64,000 bases of DNA, from assembly GCA_965232985.1 (NCBI GenBank), contig CBDDRC010000012.1:140134-204133 (forward strand), in the 5' to 3' direction. The notes beneath the pieces are model-generated. The model had not been told where the DNA came from. It saw only the letters and a program-made list of their open reading frames with translations, and did not search any database. This DNA is from an uncultured bacterium. GTDB lineage: Bacteria; Pseudomonadota; Gammaproteobacteria; Pseudomonadales; JADFDG01. The translations under genes and the position numbers were made by a program. Shown one piece after another: positions 1 through 12,670 of the stretch. Each line of letters opens with the position of its first letter. Position 1 is the first letter of the stretch.

Positions 1-2
1 AG

Positions 3-1241
3 GTGGGCAGACGTCGAGTCGTCGTTACCGGTATGGGTATGGTGACCCCGCTGGGCAATACCGTGGCAGCGACCTGGGAGGGGCTGTTGGCCGGGCGCAG
101 CGGCATTGCTGCGATCGCCGACTGGGATGCCACCAATTTCCCGACCCGCTTCGCCGGGCAGGTGAAAAATTTCGATATCGCGGGTTTCCTCAATCCGAAA
201 GAGGCGCGCCGTAGCGATATCTTCATCCAGTATGGTCTGGTTGCCGCACTGCAGGCGTTTCGTCAGTCTGGTCTTGTCGTTACCGAGGAAAATGCGCCGC
301 GGATCGGGGTTTCCATTGGTTCGGGAATCGGCGGCCTGAGCAGCATCGAGAACACTTGCGTGATCCTTGCTGAGGGCGGGCCGCGCAAGGTCTCACCATT
401 TTTTGTGCCAGGCACCATCGTCAACATGATTGCCGGCAACCTGGCGATCCTCTGTGGCTTCAAGGGCCCGAACATCGCGATTACCACCGCCTGTACCACA
501 GGGACGCACTCGATCGGCATTGCCGCGCAGCAGATCCAGCTCGGCACTGCCGATGTGATGATTGCCGGTGGTGCCGAAAAAGCCTCGACACCGCTGGGCA
601 TGGCCGGCTTTTCTGCCGCGCGGGCGTTGTCGACGCGCAATGAGGATCCGCAGCGAGGCAGCCGGCCTTGGGACAAGGATCGCGATGGCTTTGTGCTGGG
701 TGATGGTGCTGGTGCCATCGTGGTTGAAGAGTACGAGCACGCAAAAAGACGCGGCGCAACCATATTCGGCGAGCTCATCGGGTTTGGCATGAGTGACGAC
801 GCATTTCACATGACGGCGCCGCCGGAAGACGGTGCCGGTGCGGCGTTGAGCATGAAAAACGCCCTCGCCGACGCTGGCATCCCGGCGACAGCCGTGCATT
901 ACATCAACGCGCATGGCACCTCGACACCCGCTGGCGATGCCGCTGAGGTCCGGGCTGTGAAAAGCGTGTTCGGCACGCATGCGCGCCACCTGGCGATCAG
1001 TTCGACCAAGTCCATGCATGGCCATCTGCTCGGGGCAGCCGGTGCCATTGAGGCGATCATCACCTTGCTGGCCCTTCGCGATCAGGTGGCACCACCTACC
1101 ATCAATCTCGATAATCCGGACACTGACTGTGATCTTGATTTCGTGCCGCACACTGCCCGCAACATGCCCATCGACGTTGCACTTTCCAACTCGTTTGGAT
1201 TTGGTGGCACCAATAGCTCTTTGATTTTCCGGAGGCTCTGA
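3..1241 (+). CDS. fabF: beta-ketoacyl-ACP synthase II
   Basis: [10 protein letters not shown]-terminus, TACTTG catalytic Cys, [27 protein letters not shown]; lies upstream of pabC. Confidence 0.97.
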   Translation: MGRRRVVVTGMGMVTPLGNTVAATWEGLLAGRSGIAAIADWDATNFPTRFAGQVKNFDIAGFLNPKEARRSDIFIQYGLVAALQAFRQSGLVVTEENAPRIGVSIGSGIGGLSSIENTCVILAEGGPRKVSPFFVPGTIVNMIAGNLAILCGFKGPNIAITTACTTGTHSIGIAAQQIQLGTADVMIAGGAEKASTPLGMAGFSAARALSTRNEDPQRGSRPWDKDRDGFVLGDGAGAIVVEEYEHAKRRGATIFGELIGFGMSDDAFHMTAPPEDGAGAALSMKNALADAGIPATAVHYINAHGTSTPAGDAAEVRAVKSVFGTHARHLAISSTKSMHGHLLGAAGAIEAIITLLALRDQVAPPTINLDNPDTDCDLDFVPHTARNMPIDVALSNSFGFGGTNSSLIFRRL

Positions 1242-2067
1242 TGCTGCTGGCGAGCTGGGTCGACGGACAGCCGGCAGCGAGCCTGCCGGTCGACGACCGC
1301 GGGCTTGCCTACGGCGATGGACTGTTCGAAACCATCAGCGTGCGCAATGGGCGGATTGCGCTCATGGACTTCCACCTGCAGCGCCTGCTGCGTGGTGTGG
1401 AAGCCTTGCATTTACTACCGATAGATATCGATGTTTTGTCGCTTGAGTTGCGCCGTTTTGTCAGTACCCAGGCGGACATCGGGCGCATCGATTTTACCCT
1501 CAAGCTGTTGCTGACACGCGGCAGCGCCGGGCGGGGCTATCGTCCGTTGCCGGAGGCTGTCCCGCGTCGTCTTTTGCTCGCCTATACGCCAGCGGTATGG
1601 CCGGCCGCCAACGGTGAGGCAGGCATCGCTTTGTTTGAGTGTGCAACGCGGCTGGGTGTGAATCCGGCGCTCGCTGGTATCAAGCACTTGAATCGCCTCG
1701 AGCAGGTGCTCGCGCGTGCCGAATGGGATGACACTGCCTTTGCCGAAGGGCTGTTGCGTGATGTCGATGGTCGCGTCATCGAAGGCACGATGAGCAATCT
1801 GTTTCTGGTTCATGACGGGCAATTGGTGACACCACGACTGCAACGTTGCGGTATTGCCGGAGTGATGCGCAGCTTTCTTGTTGCGCGGGCCTTGACGCTC
1901 GGGATTGGCGTGGTCGAGCGTGATGTGGTGCGCGAGGAGATCGATACTGCTGATGAGCTGTTTGTGTGCAACAGCAGTTTTGGCATCTGGCCGATACGTG
2001 CGTTGGGTGTGCGGCGCTGGACGCCCGGCCCGCTGACGCGTCGCCTGCAGGCCGAGGTTGCGCTGCT

Positions 2068-2080
<13 letters not shown>
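1241..2080 (+). CDS. pabC: aminodeoxychorismate lyase
   Basis: DRGLAYGDGLFET, GIKHLNRLEQVLAR, EGTMSNLF; conserved fabF-pabC-mltG order. Confidence 0.95.
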
Positions 2081-3818
<1,738 letters not shown>

Positions 3819-3829
3819 TGGCATGGTAG

Positions 3830-4918
3830 TTGCGCGTCATGGCTGAGCAGCCTGGCAGCGGGATCGCCACTGTCTGCCCATGGCATCGCGTGGCCTGGGC
3901 ATCATTGCAGGCGCGGCACGCAGCGCATGCCTTGCCGCATGCATTGCTGCTGACTGGCGAGGCGGGCACGGGTAAACGCCGCTTCGCCGATGCCTGCGCC
4001 GCCTGGCTGCTGTGTTCGGCACCGGTTGCCGGGCTGGCCTGTGGGCGCTGCAAATCCTGCCTGCTGGTGGCGGCCGGCTCACACCCCGATCACCTGCTGG
4101 TGGTACCGGAGGCGATGCGCGCCGATGCCGATCCCGGGCCGGATCCGGAGTCCGGCAGTCGCAAACGCAAGCCCAGCCGCGACATTCGTGTCGATGAAGT
4201 GCGTGAGCTTATCGGCTTTGCCAGCCGTACTGCCCAGTTCGGTGGCCGCCGGGTGATCGTCATTGATCCAGCGCAGGCGATGAACATGAACGCTGCGAAC
4301 GCCTTGCTCAAAACGCTGGAGGAACCCGGCGCGGGCATGCTGCTGTTGTTGGTATCGGACGCGCCGGCGATGTTGGCCGCCACCGTGCGCTCACGCTGCC
4401 AGCAGATCAGGCTGCCCGCGCCGACCCGCGCCGAGGCGCTGGCGTGGCTGGCACCGCTGGTCGGTGGCGAGGCAAAGGCAACAACATTGCTCGGCGCAGC
4501 AGTGACGCCGATGCGGGCGCTGGCCTTGCGCGATGGTGCGGAAGATTGGGTCGCCCAACGTCCCGTATTGGGGAAGTTGTTGGTGGACGTACTGTGTGGC
4601 ACTGCATCCGCAGTGCGGTTCGCCGAAATGGCGGCGAAGGCTCCTGAGGCGCTGCTGATGGACTGGCTGCCGACGCTGCTGGCTGATGCTGTGCGGCTTG
4701 CCGAAGGGGTACCGGCGGCGCGCCTGCGCAATGGCGATCTTGCTGCTGATCTGCGGCGCGTGGTTGATGCGCGGACGACGCAGCCGCTATTCTTGCTCGG
4801 CGACGACCTGTCGCGACTGCGCCAGCAGTTCCATGCAGGGGCGGGCTTGAGCCGGCCCTTGCTGTGGGAAGAAGTCATGCTTCGCTGGTCACCAAGGCCC
4901 AGGAGCGGGCGCCCATAA
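3830..4918 (+). CDS. holB: DNA polymerase III subunit delta'
   Basis: HALLLTGEAGTGK, CGRCKSC Zn motif, AANALLKTLEEP, TVRSRCQ; lies between tmk and pilZ; start may be ATG 3839. Confidence 0.93.
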   Translation: MRVMAEQPGSGIATVCPWHRVAWASLQARHAAHALPHALLLTGEAGTGKRRFADACAAWLLCSAPVAGLACGRCKSCLLVAAGSHPDHLLVVPEAMRADADPGPDPESGSRKRKPSRDIRVDEVRELIGFASRTAQFGGRRVIVIDPAQAMNMNAANALLKTLEEPGAGMLLLLVSDAPAMLAATVRSRCQQIRLPAPTRAEALAWLAPLVGGEAKATTLLGAAVTPMRALALRDGAEDWVAQRPVLGKLLVDVLCGTASAVRFAEMAAKAPEALLMDWLPTLLADAVRLAEGVPAARLRNGDLAADLRRVVDARTTQPLFLLGDDLSRLRQQFHAGAGLSRPLLWEEVMLRWSPRPRSGRP

Positions 4919-4949
4919 CGCGGCACACAGAAGGCGGGCAATAAACCAG

Positions 4950-5312
4950 ATGAATAGTCCGAAACTCCCTGCGGGTCCTGGCAAGAGCGGCATTCTCTCG
5001 CTGACCATCAAGGACAAGGCCGTGCTGTACGCGGCCTATATGCCCTTCATCCGCAATGGCGGCCTGTTTCTTCCTACCAGTAAACCCTACAAGCTCGGCG
5101 ATGAGGTGTTCATTCTGCTGAGCCTGATGGAAGAGAGTGACAAACTGCCGGTGGCCGGCAAGGTCGTCTGGATTACGCCGCGTGGTGCCGGCGGCAATCG
5201 CGCTGCCGGCATCGGCATCCAGTTCAACGATCAGGACGATACTGCGCGCAAGAAAATCGAGACCTATCTGGCCGGCGCCGAAAAATCGGATCGCCCGACA
5301 CACACCATGTGA
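4950..5312 (+). CDS. pilZ: type IV pilus assembly protein PilZ
   Basis: ILSLTIKDKAVLYAAYMPFIRNGGLF...RPTHTM; holB-pilZ-tatD synteny. Confidence 0.95.
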   Translation: MNSPKLPAGPGKSGILSLTIKDKAVLYAAYMPFIRNGGLFLPTSKPYKLGDEVFILLSLMEESDKLPVAGKVVWITPRGAGGNRAAGIGIQFNDQDDTARKKIETYLAGAEKSDRPTHTM

Positions 5313-5335
5313 GCTGTTCCTGACGTGGATTGTGG

Positions 5336-5367
5336 AAGCCATGAATTGATAGGTTCATGGCTTTTTT
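5336..5367 (+). terminator. rho-independent terminator after pilZ
   Basis: stem AAGCCATGAA/TTCATGGCTT followed by a T-run. Confidence 0.7.
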
Positions 5368-5436
5368 GTTGGGGCGGCTTTTTGAAGCGATTGTTTGAGA
5401 CATTTGTTCGCACCGATAATTTTCTGAGCGGCCAGC

Positions 5437-6237
5437 ATGATCGTCGATTCACACTGTCATCTCGACCGGCTTGAGCTCACGCCTTATGGCGGCGAGCTGT
5501 CGGGTGCGCTCGACGCGGCCCGGGCTGCCGGTATCGGCGCGATGCTCAACGTCAATATCGATCTTGAACATGAGGCCGACGTGCGCGCGATTGCCGAAGC
5601 ACATGCGGATGTGTTTTTTTCGGTAGGCGTGCATCCGTCGGAGCAGGGTGGCGAGGAGCCGACCCTGGAGCGCTTGCTGGCGCTGGCCGCACACCCGAAA
5701 TGCGTGGCAATTGGTGAAACCGGCCTCGATTACCACTGGTGCAAGGGCGACACCGAATGGCAGCGCGAACGGTTTCGCGTGCACATCCGGGCGGCGCGGG
5801 CCTGCGGCAAGCCACTGATTGTCCATACCCGTGAAGCGCGTGCCGATACCATCCGCATCCTTGCTGAGGAAAACGCACAACAGGCCGGCGGCATCATGCA
5901 CTGCTTTACCGAGGATATCGCTACCGCCGAAGCGGCGCTCGCACTCGGGATGCACATCTCCTTCTCGGGCATCGTGACCTTTCGCAATGCCGAGGCGTTG
6001 CGTGCCGTGGCGCGCGCCGTGCCGCTGGAGCGGATACTCGTTGAGACCGATTCACCCTACCTGGCGCCCGCGCCGCATCGCGGCAAGCCGAACGAGCCGC
6101 GCTATGTGGCGGACGTGTGTGCATTCATCGCGCAGTTGCGCGGGGTGAGTATCGAAGAGATGGCCCGCATCACAACCGACAATTTTTTCCGGCTTTTTCC
6201 AACAATTCCATTGCCCGGTTCAACTGCACGTCGGTAA
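5437..6237 (+). CDS. TatD family hydrolase (YcfH-like)
   Basis: DSHCHLD, GVHP, IGETGLDY, HCFTE, VETDSPYLAP. Confidence 0.93.
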   Translation: MIVDSHCHLDRLELTPYGGELSGALDAARAAGIGAMLNVNIDLEHEADVRAIAEAHADVFFSVGVHPSEQGGEEPTLERLLALAAHPKCVAIGETGLDYHWCKGDTEWQRERFRVHIRAARACGKPLIVHTREARADTIRILAEENAQQAGGIMHCFTEDIATAEAALALGMHISFSGIVTFRNAEALRAVARAVPLERILVETDSPYLAPAPHRGKPNEPRYVADVCAFIAQLRGVSIEEMARITTDNFFRLFPTIPLPGSTARR

Positions 6238-7315
6238 GCCAGAAATGCGGTGAGAGGCGAATGCCGCCACCACGTTCGGCGCAGATCACCCCATCGTCTT
6301 TGAGGCAGCGGAATATTGCGGCGTGCGCGCCACTGGCATGGCGGGCCGTAATAATGCCGCTGCAGAACTTTTCTTCGCGGCGCGAGATCAGCGACCAGCC
6401 GGGCAGGGCGGCGATGCCGCGTGCCAGATACCCGGTGTTGGCCAGCACCTGCGCTTCGACGCACGCCATGCCGATCTCTTCGAGCAGCGACAGTGACGCC
6501 GACAGGGCGTGAATGCCGAGCATGTTCGGGCTGCCGCACTCGAAGCGGCGCGCGGACTTTGCCGGTGTCCAGTCGGTGCGATTGTAATCGCCGGCGTGTT
6601 CGGCCATGTGCCAGCCGTATTGTGTCAACGTGAGCGCGTCGCGGGCTTTGGGGGTTGCATAGAAGAGGGCAACGCCTTCCGGGCCGAGCAGCCACTTGTG
6701 GCCATCGGCAATGGCGAAGTCGGCGTGGCTTGCCTGCACGTCGAAGCGCAACGCACCAACCTGCTGTATGGCATCCACACAGAACAGCGTGCCGTTGGCG
6801 CGGCATGCCGCACCCAAGCGGGGCAGATCCAGACGCAGCCCGGTGGCAAACTGCACGGCGCTGATGGCGAGCACCCGCGTGCGCGCATCCAGTTGCGCAA
6901 TCAGTGCGGCTTCCGGGTCTTCGTCAGCCAGCGATACGCATCGCGTGACAACGCCCCGCCCCGCGAGCGCTTCCCAGGCCATGCGATTGGAGGGGAATTC
7001 CTGATCGCTGATGACGACGTTGTCGCCGGACTGCCAACTGAGCCCGGCGGCAACCAGGGAGATGCCTTCGGAGGTATTTTTCAGCAGGGCGATATCGTCG
7101 CCCGATGGCGCGTTGATAAGCCCCCGCAACTGCTCGCGCAAGCGTTTTTCAACCTGCATCCACGCCGGGTAGTGAGCAGCGCCATAGCGGAGGTTTTCAG
7201 CAGCGAACTTACGCACTGCCTCTGCGGTTCGAGCCGGCCAGGGCGCAACCCCGGCATGATTGAGATAGATGATGCCGGGGTCGAGAGGAAATTCGGTGGC
7301 GCAGGAGAGGACCAT
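6170..7315 (-). CDS. class V PLP-dependent aminotransferase / C-S lyase family protein
   Basis: YLNHAGVAP, NTSEG, VDAIQ, DGHKWLLGPEG (PLP lysine), IRLSPHF; 68-nt convergent overlap with tatD. Confidence 0.88.
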   Translation of the reverse strand: MVLSCATEFPLDPGIIYLNHAGVAPWPARTAEAVRKFAAENLRYGAAHYPAWMQVEKRLREQLRGLINAPSGDDIALLKNTSEGISLVAAGLSWQSGDNVVISDQEFPSNRMAWEALAGRGVVTRCVSLADEDPEAALIAQLDARTRVLAISAVQFATGLRLDLPRLGAACRANGTLFCVDAIQQVGALRFDVQASHADFAIADGHKWLLGPEGVALFYATPKARDALTLTQYGWHMAEHAGDYNRTDWTPAKSARRFECGSPNMLGIHALSASLSLLEEIGMACVEAQVLANTGYLARGIAALPGWSLISRREEKFCSGIITARHASGAHAAIFRCLKDDGVICAERGGGIRLSPHFWLTDVQLNRAMELLEKAGKNCRL

Positions 7316-7381
7316 AGTGGCGGACAGGTACTTGTTGGCGGCGGCGGGTGATTATAATGCGGGCCGGGTAGCAGGAGCCTG

Positions 7382-8029
7382 ATGGTCATGGCGGATCTCG
7401 AGAAAGCGGGCCAGAAGGCGCGCGAGTTCAAGCAGCGGGAGACGGAAGTCCTGCAGGCGGCGCTCGAGTTGTTTCTGAGCTTGGGTGAGGATCGGGTGAC
7501 GGTCGAGATGATTGCCGAAAAGGTCGGTATCGGCAAAGGTACGATCTACAAGCACTTCGAAACCAAGGACGAAATCTACCTGTTGCTCATGATCTGCTAC
7601 GAGGAGGAGATGGCGCAGATGTTCCAGCGCATCGAAGATACCCCGGAGCGTAAAGAGCAGCTGGCCAAAGAGTTCTTTCTGTTTCGCATCAAGGATCCGA
7701 AGCGCTACATGCTGTTTGATCGCCTCGAACAGAAGCTCGTAGCGGCGCGTGCGGTGCCGGAAATGCTGGAGCGTCTGCATCGCATCCGTGCATCGAACGC
7801 CGAGAAACTCACCCACATCATCAGTGCCCGCATCAAGGAGGGCCTGCTCGAGGATGTGCCGCCGTATTTCCACGTCTGCTCCGCCTGGGCCCTTGCGCAT
7901 GGTGCCGTTGCGCTGATGCAGTCACAGTTCTACAACCAGGTCATTGAAGACAAGGAAGGCTTTCTCGATTTCCTGCTGCAGACTGGCATCCGCATGGGTA
8001 ATCGTGGCCAGTACCACAAGAAAAAGTGA
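7382..8029 (+). CDS. TetR/AcrR family transcriptional regulator
   Basis: VTVEMIAEKVGIGKGTIYKHFETKDEI helix-turn-helix. Confidence 0.92.
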   Translation: MVMADLEKAGQKAREFKQRETEVLQAALELFLSLGEDRVTVEMIAEKVGIGKGTIYKHFETKDEIYLLLMICYEEEMAQMFQRIEDTPERKEQLAKEFFLFRIKDPKRYMLFDRLEQKLVAARAVPEMLERLHRIRASNAEKLTHIISARIKEGLLEDVPPYFHVCSAWALAHGAVALMQSQFYNQVIEDKEGFLDFLLQTGIRMGNRGQYHKKK

Positions 8030-8586
8030 TGGCCGGCAAACTGTTCGCCCAGGTTGAATCACTGCTGCAGAGTGGCGGCAGTAAATTGCCGCCTGTGCAG
8101 TCTTGGCACCCGCCATTTTCCGGTGACATCGATATCCATATTGCCCGCGACGGCAACTGGTACCACGAAGGCGCGCCCATGACGCGTGCGGCCATCGTGC
8201 GCCTGTTCGCCTCCATCCTGCGGCGCGAGGGCGACGAGTATTTTCTGGTTACGCCGGTCGAGAAGTGGCGCATCAGGGTCGAAGATGTGCCGTTCATTGC
8301 CGTGGATGTCGAGGCAATGGGGGAGGGCGTGGACGCCGAGCTCGTGTTCCGTACCAACGTTGGCGATCTGGTGCATGCCAATGCGCTGCATCCGTTGCGG
8401 GTGCAGACCGATCCGGTCAGTGGCGCGCCGTCGCCTTACGTGATGGTCCGTCATGGTCTTGAGGCGCGGATTGCCCGCAGCGTTTTTTATCGATTGGTAG
8501 AGAGTGCGGAAGCGGTTGGCGCTGACGAGGGCACCTTGTATGGAGTTCACAGCGGCGGCCTGTTTCATCCTTTGGGCGCAGGTTGA
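8026..8586 (+). CDS. DUF1285 family protein
   Basis: PPVQSWHPPFSGDIDIHIARDGNWYHEG, LVTPVEKWRIRVEDVPF. Confidence 0.85.
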   Translation: MMAGKLFAQVESLLQSGGSKLPPVQSWHPPFSGDIDIHIARDGNWYHEGAPMTRAAIVRLFASILRREGDEYFLVTPVEKWRIRVEDVPFIAVDVEAMGEGVDAELVFRTNVGDLVHANALHPLRVQTDPVSGAPSPYVMVRHGLEARIARSVFYRLVESAEAVGADEGTLYGVHSGGLFHPLGAG

Positions 8587-9851
8587 GCGCCCGTCAACCA
8601 CCATGTCTGCATCTCGCCCTTGCCCTTGATGTATACCGGGCCGCGGGGTTCGCAGCTGAAATCTTCGCCGAGTCGCGCTTTCGTTTCCGCACCCAACTGA
8701 ATGCGACCGGGCTCGCCGTGCGATTCCATGCGGCTCGCAGTATTCACCGTGTCGCCCCACACGTCGTAGCTGAAGCGCAGCGCGCCGATCACGCCGGCGA
8801 TCACCGGGCCGGTGTGCATGCCCACGCGCAGATTGACATCGATGCTGGTTTCCTTGCGCAGCGTGCGCACGTCGTCGAGCAGTGCGAGCGCCAGCCGGGC
8901 GATCACCTGTGCGTGGTCGGCGCGGGCATTGGGTGCTCCTGAAATAACCATGTATGCATCGCCAATGGTCTTGATCTTCTCGGCGCCAGCGGCAGTGACC
9001 CTGGCGTCGAAGCGTGAAAATATTTTCTCCAGCAGCGACACGACGACTTCCGGTTCCTGCTGTGCGGCCCAGGGCGTGAAGCCGGCGATATCGGCGAACA
9101 ACACTGTCACTTCCGGGTGACGGTTGGCGATCATGCGGTCGCCGGCCCGCAGTTCGTCGGCGATTTTGCGCGGTAACACGGCATACAGCAGGCGATCGGA
9201 CGATTCGCGGGCGCCGATGAGTTCCATTTCGCTGCGCAACACTTCGCGTTCGAAGACGCCGAGGATCAGCAGCACGCTGGCCAGCGCCAGCAACGCGTTG
9301 CCGATGCGGGCGCCGGCCAGCAGCCAGTCCGGCATGCTGGAGAAATCGACGTGGGATGCGCCGGCGAAGCCCAGGCCATAGATCAGCGTCAGTATCGGCA
9401 CGCCGACGAACAGGGCTTGTTGTCGGGGTTCTTCGGCGGTGTATAGCACGCGGGCCAGTGCCGCAGTCACCAGCGTAAATGCGGCAACATTGAGTGCCGA
9501 GCCGGAGAGCCAGAGCAGGGCAGCAATCTGGAATTCCAGTGTAACCATCAATAACAGGCGCGCGGCATGATGCTTGTCCAGCGCTGCCATCCACATGCCG
9601 AGAGTAAAGAAAACGGCACAGCCAGTATTGACGATGATGACCGGCAAGGTGCCCTGTGGATCAAGCGTCAGCGAAATAATGATGTAGGGCAGGGTGAGGA
9701 TGGCCGCCACGCCCAGTGCGTAGCGCGCCAGCCTGGCCCGGCGGACATGCGAGGTTTCGGTAGATCGTGGCGGTGCCCTGAAGAGCTCCAGCCAGAACTC
9801 GCGGTCGGGTCGGCGCAGGTACTGGCGCAGGTCGATGGGTTTGCGGGCCAT
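8565..9851 (-). CDS. membrane-anchored class III adenylate/guanylate cyclase
   Basis: about 6 hydrophobic segments, then VLFADIAGFT, KIKTIGDAYM, YDVWGDTVNTASRMES; start could extend to 9884. Confidence 0.9.
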   Translation of the reverse strand: MARKPIDLRQYLRRPDREFWLELFRAPPRSTETSHVRRARLARYALGVAAILTLPYIIISLTLDPQGTLPVIIVNTGCAVFFTLGMWMAALDKHHAARLLLMVTLEFQIAALLWLSGSALNVAAFTLVTAALARVLYTAEEPRQQALFVGVPILTLIYGLGFAGASHVDFSSMPDWLLAGARIGNALLALASVLLILGVFEREVLRSEMELIGARESSDRLLYAVLPRKIADELRAGDRMIANRHPEVTVLFADIAGFTPWAAQQEPEVVVSLLEKIFSRFDARVTAAGAEKIKTIGDAYMVISGAPNARADHAQVIARLALALLDDVRTLRKETSIDVNLRVGMHTGPVIAGVIGALRFSYDVWGDTVNTASRMESHGEPGRIQLGAETKARLGEDFSCEPRGPVYIKGKGEMQTWWLTGAQPAPKG

Positions 9852-9897
9852 GGTTGTTGCTTTGGGCACGGTAGGGTTGGGCAACCATAGCAGGAAA

Positions 9898-9929
9898 AGA
9901 AAAAGGCGCTGTTGTCAGCGCCTTTTTCT
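9898..9929 (-). terminator. rho-independent (possibly bidirectional) terminator downstream of ETF-QO
   Basis: AGAAAAAGGCGCTG-ttgt-CAGCGCCTTTTTCT perfect inverted repeat. Confidence 0.8.
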
Positions 9930-9964
9930 GTGCGGATGTGCCGGTTTCCGTCCGACCCGGCGGC

Positions 9965-11623
9965 TCACATATTGGGATAATTCGGCCCGCCGCCGCCTTC
10001 GGGCACTACCCAGTTGATGTTTTGGGCCGGATCCTTGATGTCGCAGGTTTTGCAGTGCACGCAGTTCTGCGCGTTGATCTGGAAGCGCTTCGAACCGTCG
10101 GTGTTGTCGACCACTTCGTACACGCCGGCCGGGCAGTAACGTTGCGCCGGCTCGTCGTACAGCGGCAGGTTTTTGGCGATCGGAATGGAAGGATCCTGCA
10201 ACTGCAGGTGGCAGGGCTGGTCTTCCTCATGGTTGGTGTTGGAGAGGAACACCGAGCTCAACTTGTCGAAACTGATGACGCCATCGGGTTTTGGATAAGT
10301 GGGTTTCGTGCATTCGGCCGCGGGCTTGAGAGTGGCGTGGTCGGGAATGGGATCTTGCAGCGTGAAGGGCAGCTTGCCCTTGAAGATTTTCTGGTCGATG
10401 AACGCATAAGCTGAACCGAGGAAAGTTCCGAACTTGTGCATCGCCGGGCCAACGTTGCGGGCGGCGAACAATTCCTCTGCGGCCCAACTGTTGCGAAAGG
10501 CTTCCGGATAGGTATTGAGTTCCTTGCCGCCGGTGTCGCCGTTGCTCACGGCAGCGAAAACCGCTTCCGCCGCCAGCATGCCGGTTTTCATCGCGGTGTG
10601 GCTGCCCTTGATGCGCGGGAAGTTCATGAAGCCGGCATCGTCACCGGCGAGCATACCGCCGGGGAATACCAGTTTCGGAATCGCCTGCCAGCCGCCCTTG
10701 TTGATCGCGCGCGCACCATAGGAAATGCGCTTGCCGCCGGCAAGGTATGCCTTGATGAGCGGATGCGTCTTCCAGCGCTGCATTTCGTCGAATGGCGACA
10801 GATGCGGGTTGGAATAGGACAGATCGGTAATGAGGCCGAGCGTAACCTGACCGTTTTCCAGGTGATAGAGGAAACCACCGCCCGAGGCGCCGGGTGCCGT
10901 CAGCGGCCAGCCCATGGTGTGGATGACCAGACCGGGCTTGTGTTTGGTCGGGTCGATATCCCACAGCTCCTTGATGCCGAGGGCGTAATGCTGCGTACCC
11001 GAATTTTTCTCCAGGCCGAAGTGTTTCAGCAGTTGCTTACCGAGATGACCGCGGCAGCCTTCGGCGAAAATCGTGTACTTCGCGTGCAGTTCCATGCCCG
11101 GCGCGTAGCTGGCCTTTTTCTCGCCGTTGTGGCCGATACCCATATCGCCGGTGGCGATACCCTTCACCGAGCCGTCGTCGTTGAACAGCACTTCGGTGGC
11201 CGCGAAGCCCGGGAACACCTGGATGCCCAGCGCCTCGGCCTGCTGCCCCAGCCAGCGGCAGACGTTGCCCAGGGAAATCACCTGATTGCCGTCGTTGTGC
11301 AGGCTGGGTGGCACGAAGAAATGGGGAACCTCGATGCCTTTCTCCGGCGAGGTCATGAACCAGACCTGATCGCCGCTGACGGGCGCCTTGAACGGGCAGC
11401 CCAGTTCCTGCCAGTTCGGGAAGAGCTCGTGCATCGCCCGCGGGTCCATGACTGCCCCGGAAAGGATATGGGCGCCGACCTCGGAGCCTTTCTCGACGAC
11501 GACGACGTTCAGTTCGGTGCCTTTTGCCTGGGCCAGCTGGCCCAGACGGCAGGCGGCGGCCAGGCCGGATGGACCGGCGCCGACGATGACAACGTCGACT
11601 TCCATTGCTTCGCGATGCGACAT
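9965..11623 (-). CDS. electron transfer flavoprotein-ubiquinone oxidoreductase
   Basis: VGAGPSGL FAD motif, KGSEVGAHILSGA, YCPAGVYE and NCVHCKTCDIKDP 4Fe-4S cysteines; divergent from etfBA. Confidence 0.96.
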   Translation of the reverse strand: MSHREAMEVDVVIVGAGPSGLAAACRLGQLAQAKGTELNVVVVEKGSEVGAHILSGAVMDPRAMHELFPNWQELGCPFKAPVSGDQVWFMTSPEKGIEVPHFFVPPSLHNDGNQVISLGNVCRWLGQQAEALGIQVFPGFAATEVLFNDDGSVKGIATGDMGIGHNGEKKASYAPGMELHAKYTIFAEGCRGHLGKQLLKHFGLEKNSGTQHYALGIKELWDIDPTKHKPGLVIHTMGWPLTAPGASGGGFLYHLENGQVTLGLITDLSYSNPHLSPFDEMQRWKTHPLIKAYLAGGKRISYGARAINKGGWQAIPKLVFPGGMLAGDDAGFMNFPRIKGSHTAMKTGMLAAEAVFAAVSNGDTGGKELNTYPEAFRNSWAAEELFAARNVGPAMHKFGTFLGSAYAFIDQKIFKGKLPFTLQDPIPDHATLKPAAECTKPTYPKPDGVISFDKLSSVFLSNTNHEEDQPCHLQLQDPSIPIAKNLPLYDEPAQRYCPAGVYEVVDNTDGSKRFQINAQNCVHCKTCDIKDPAQNINWVVPEGGGGPNYPNM

Positions 11624-11896
11624 GGGGATTCCTCGACAGGTTTCGCGACGGGACTCCACGCCCGAAACGGGCGGGGGCAAAAAAACCGGCCGCGAGTATA
11701 TCGAAAGGGTCGGGGGGCGCGCTATTGACCTTGGGGGTATCGGTAGTCAACATACGCGCGCCTTGCGGCCACCTGCTATCAAACACCGCGCGACACCGCG
11801 CGCGGGCCCGCTGCACCCGATTTCTCTTCGTGCGCCCCGGCTGCACGGGGCCGCAGGTTCCAAGCAACCTTATTACCCGAGTTACCCGAGGTTTTC

Positions 11897-12646
11897 ATGA
11901 AAGTGCTCGTAGCGATCAAGCGCGTTGTCGATTACAACGTGAAGGTGCGCGTGAAGGCCGACCAGACCGGAGTCGATCTCGCGAACGTAAAGATGGCGAT
12001 GAATCCGTTTTGCGAAATCGCCGTCGAGGAAGCGGTACGTCTGAAGGAAAAAGGCGTCGTGACCGAAATCATCGTCGTCAGCGTCGGCAGGAAGGAAACC
12101 CAGGAGCAATTGCGCACGGCCCTTGCACTCGGTGCGGATCGCGCGATTCTGGTGGAAACGGAAGTTGAAGTTCACCCGCTGGGCATCGCCAAGGCGCTCA
12201 AGGCCATCGTTGACAAGGAAGATGTGAAGCTCGTCATCCTCGGCAAGCAGGCTATCGACGATGACAACAACCAGACCGGCCAGATGCTGGCGGCCCTGAT
12301 GGGTGCTGCGCAGGGTACTTTCGCTTCGAAGATTGAAATTGCGGGCGACAAGATGAAAGTCATCCGCGAAATTGACGGCGGCCTGCAAACCGTCGATCTG
12401 CAGCTCCCGGCGATTGTTACTACCGATCTGCGCCTGAATGAGCCGCGCTATGCGTCGCTGCCGAACATCATGAAAGCCAAGAAGAAGGATCTTCAAACCG
12501 TGACTCCGGCGGAGCTGGGCGTTGATGTTGCGCCACGTACGAAGACGCTCAAAGTTGAGCCACCGGCGGATCGCAAGGCCGGCATCAAGGTGAAGACCGT
12601 CGATGAGCTGGTCGACAAGCTCAAGAATGAAGCCAAAGTCATTTAA
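11897..12646 (+). CDS. etfB: electron transfer flavoprotein beta subunit
   Basis: [45 protein letters not shown]. Confidence 0.97.
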   Translation: MKVLVAIKRVVDYNVKVRVKADQTGVDLANVKMAMNPFCEIAVEEAVRLKEKGVVTEIIVVSVGRKETQEQLRTALALGADRAILVETEVEVHPLGIAKALKAIVDKEDVKLVILGKQAIDDDNNQTGQMLAALMGAAQGTFASKIEIAGDKMKVIREIDGGLQTVDLQLPAIVTTDLRLNEPRYASLPNIMKAKKKDLQTVTPAELGVDVAPRTKTLKVEPPADRKAGIKVKTVDELVDKLKNEAKVI

Positions 12647-12670
12647 TCAGCCATTGGGGAATCGAAGCAC

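Noticed and set aside
6170-6237. Convergent 3' overlaps (tatD/aminotransferase 68 nt; also 8565-8586 and 16058-16070)
   Set aside because: Short tail-to-tail overlaps are common and both partners look intact.
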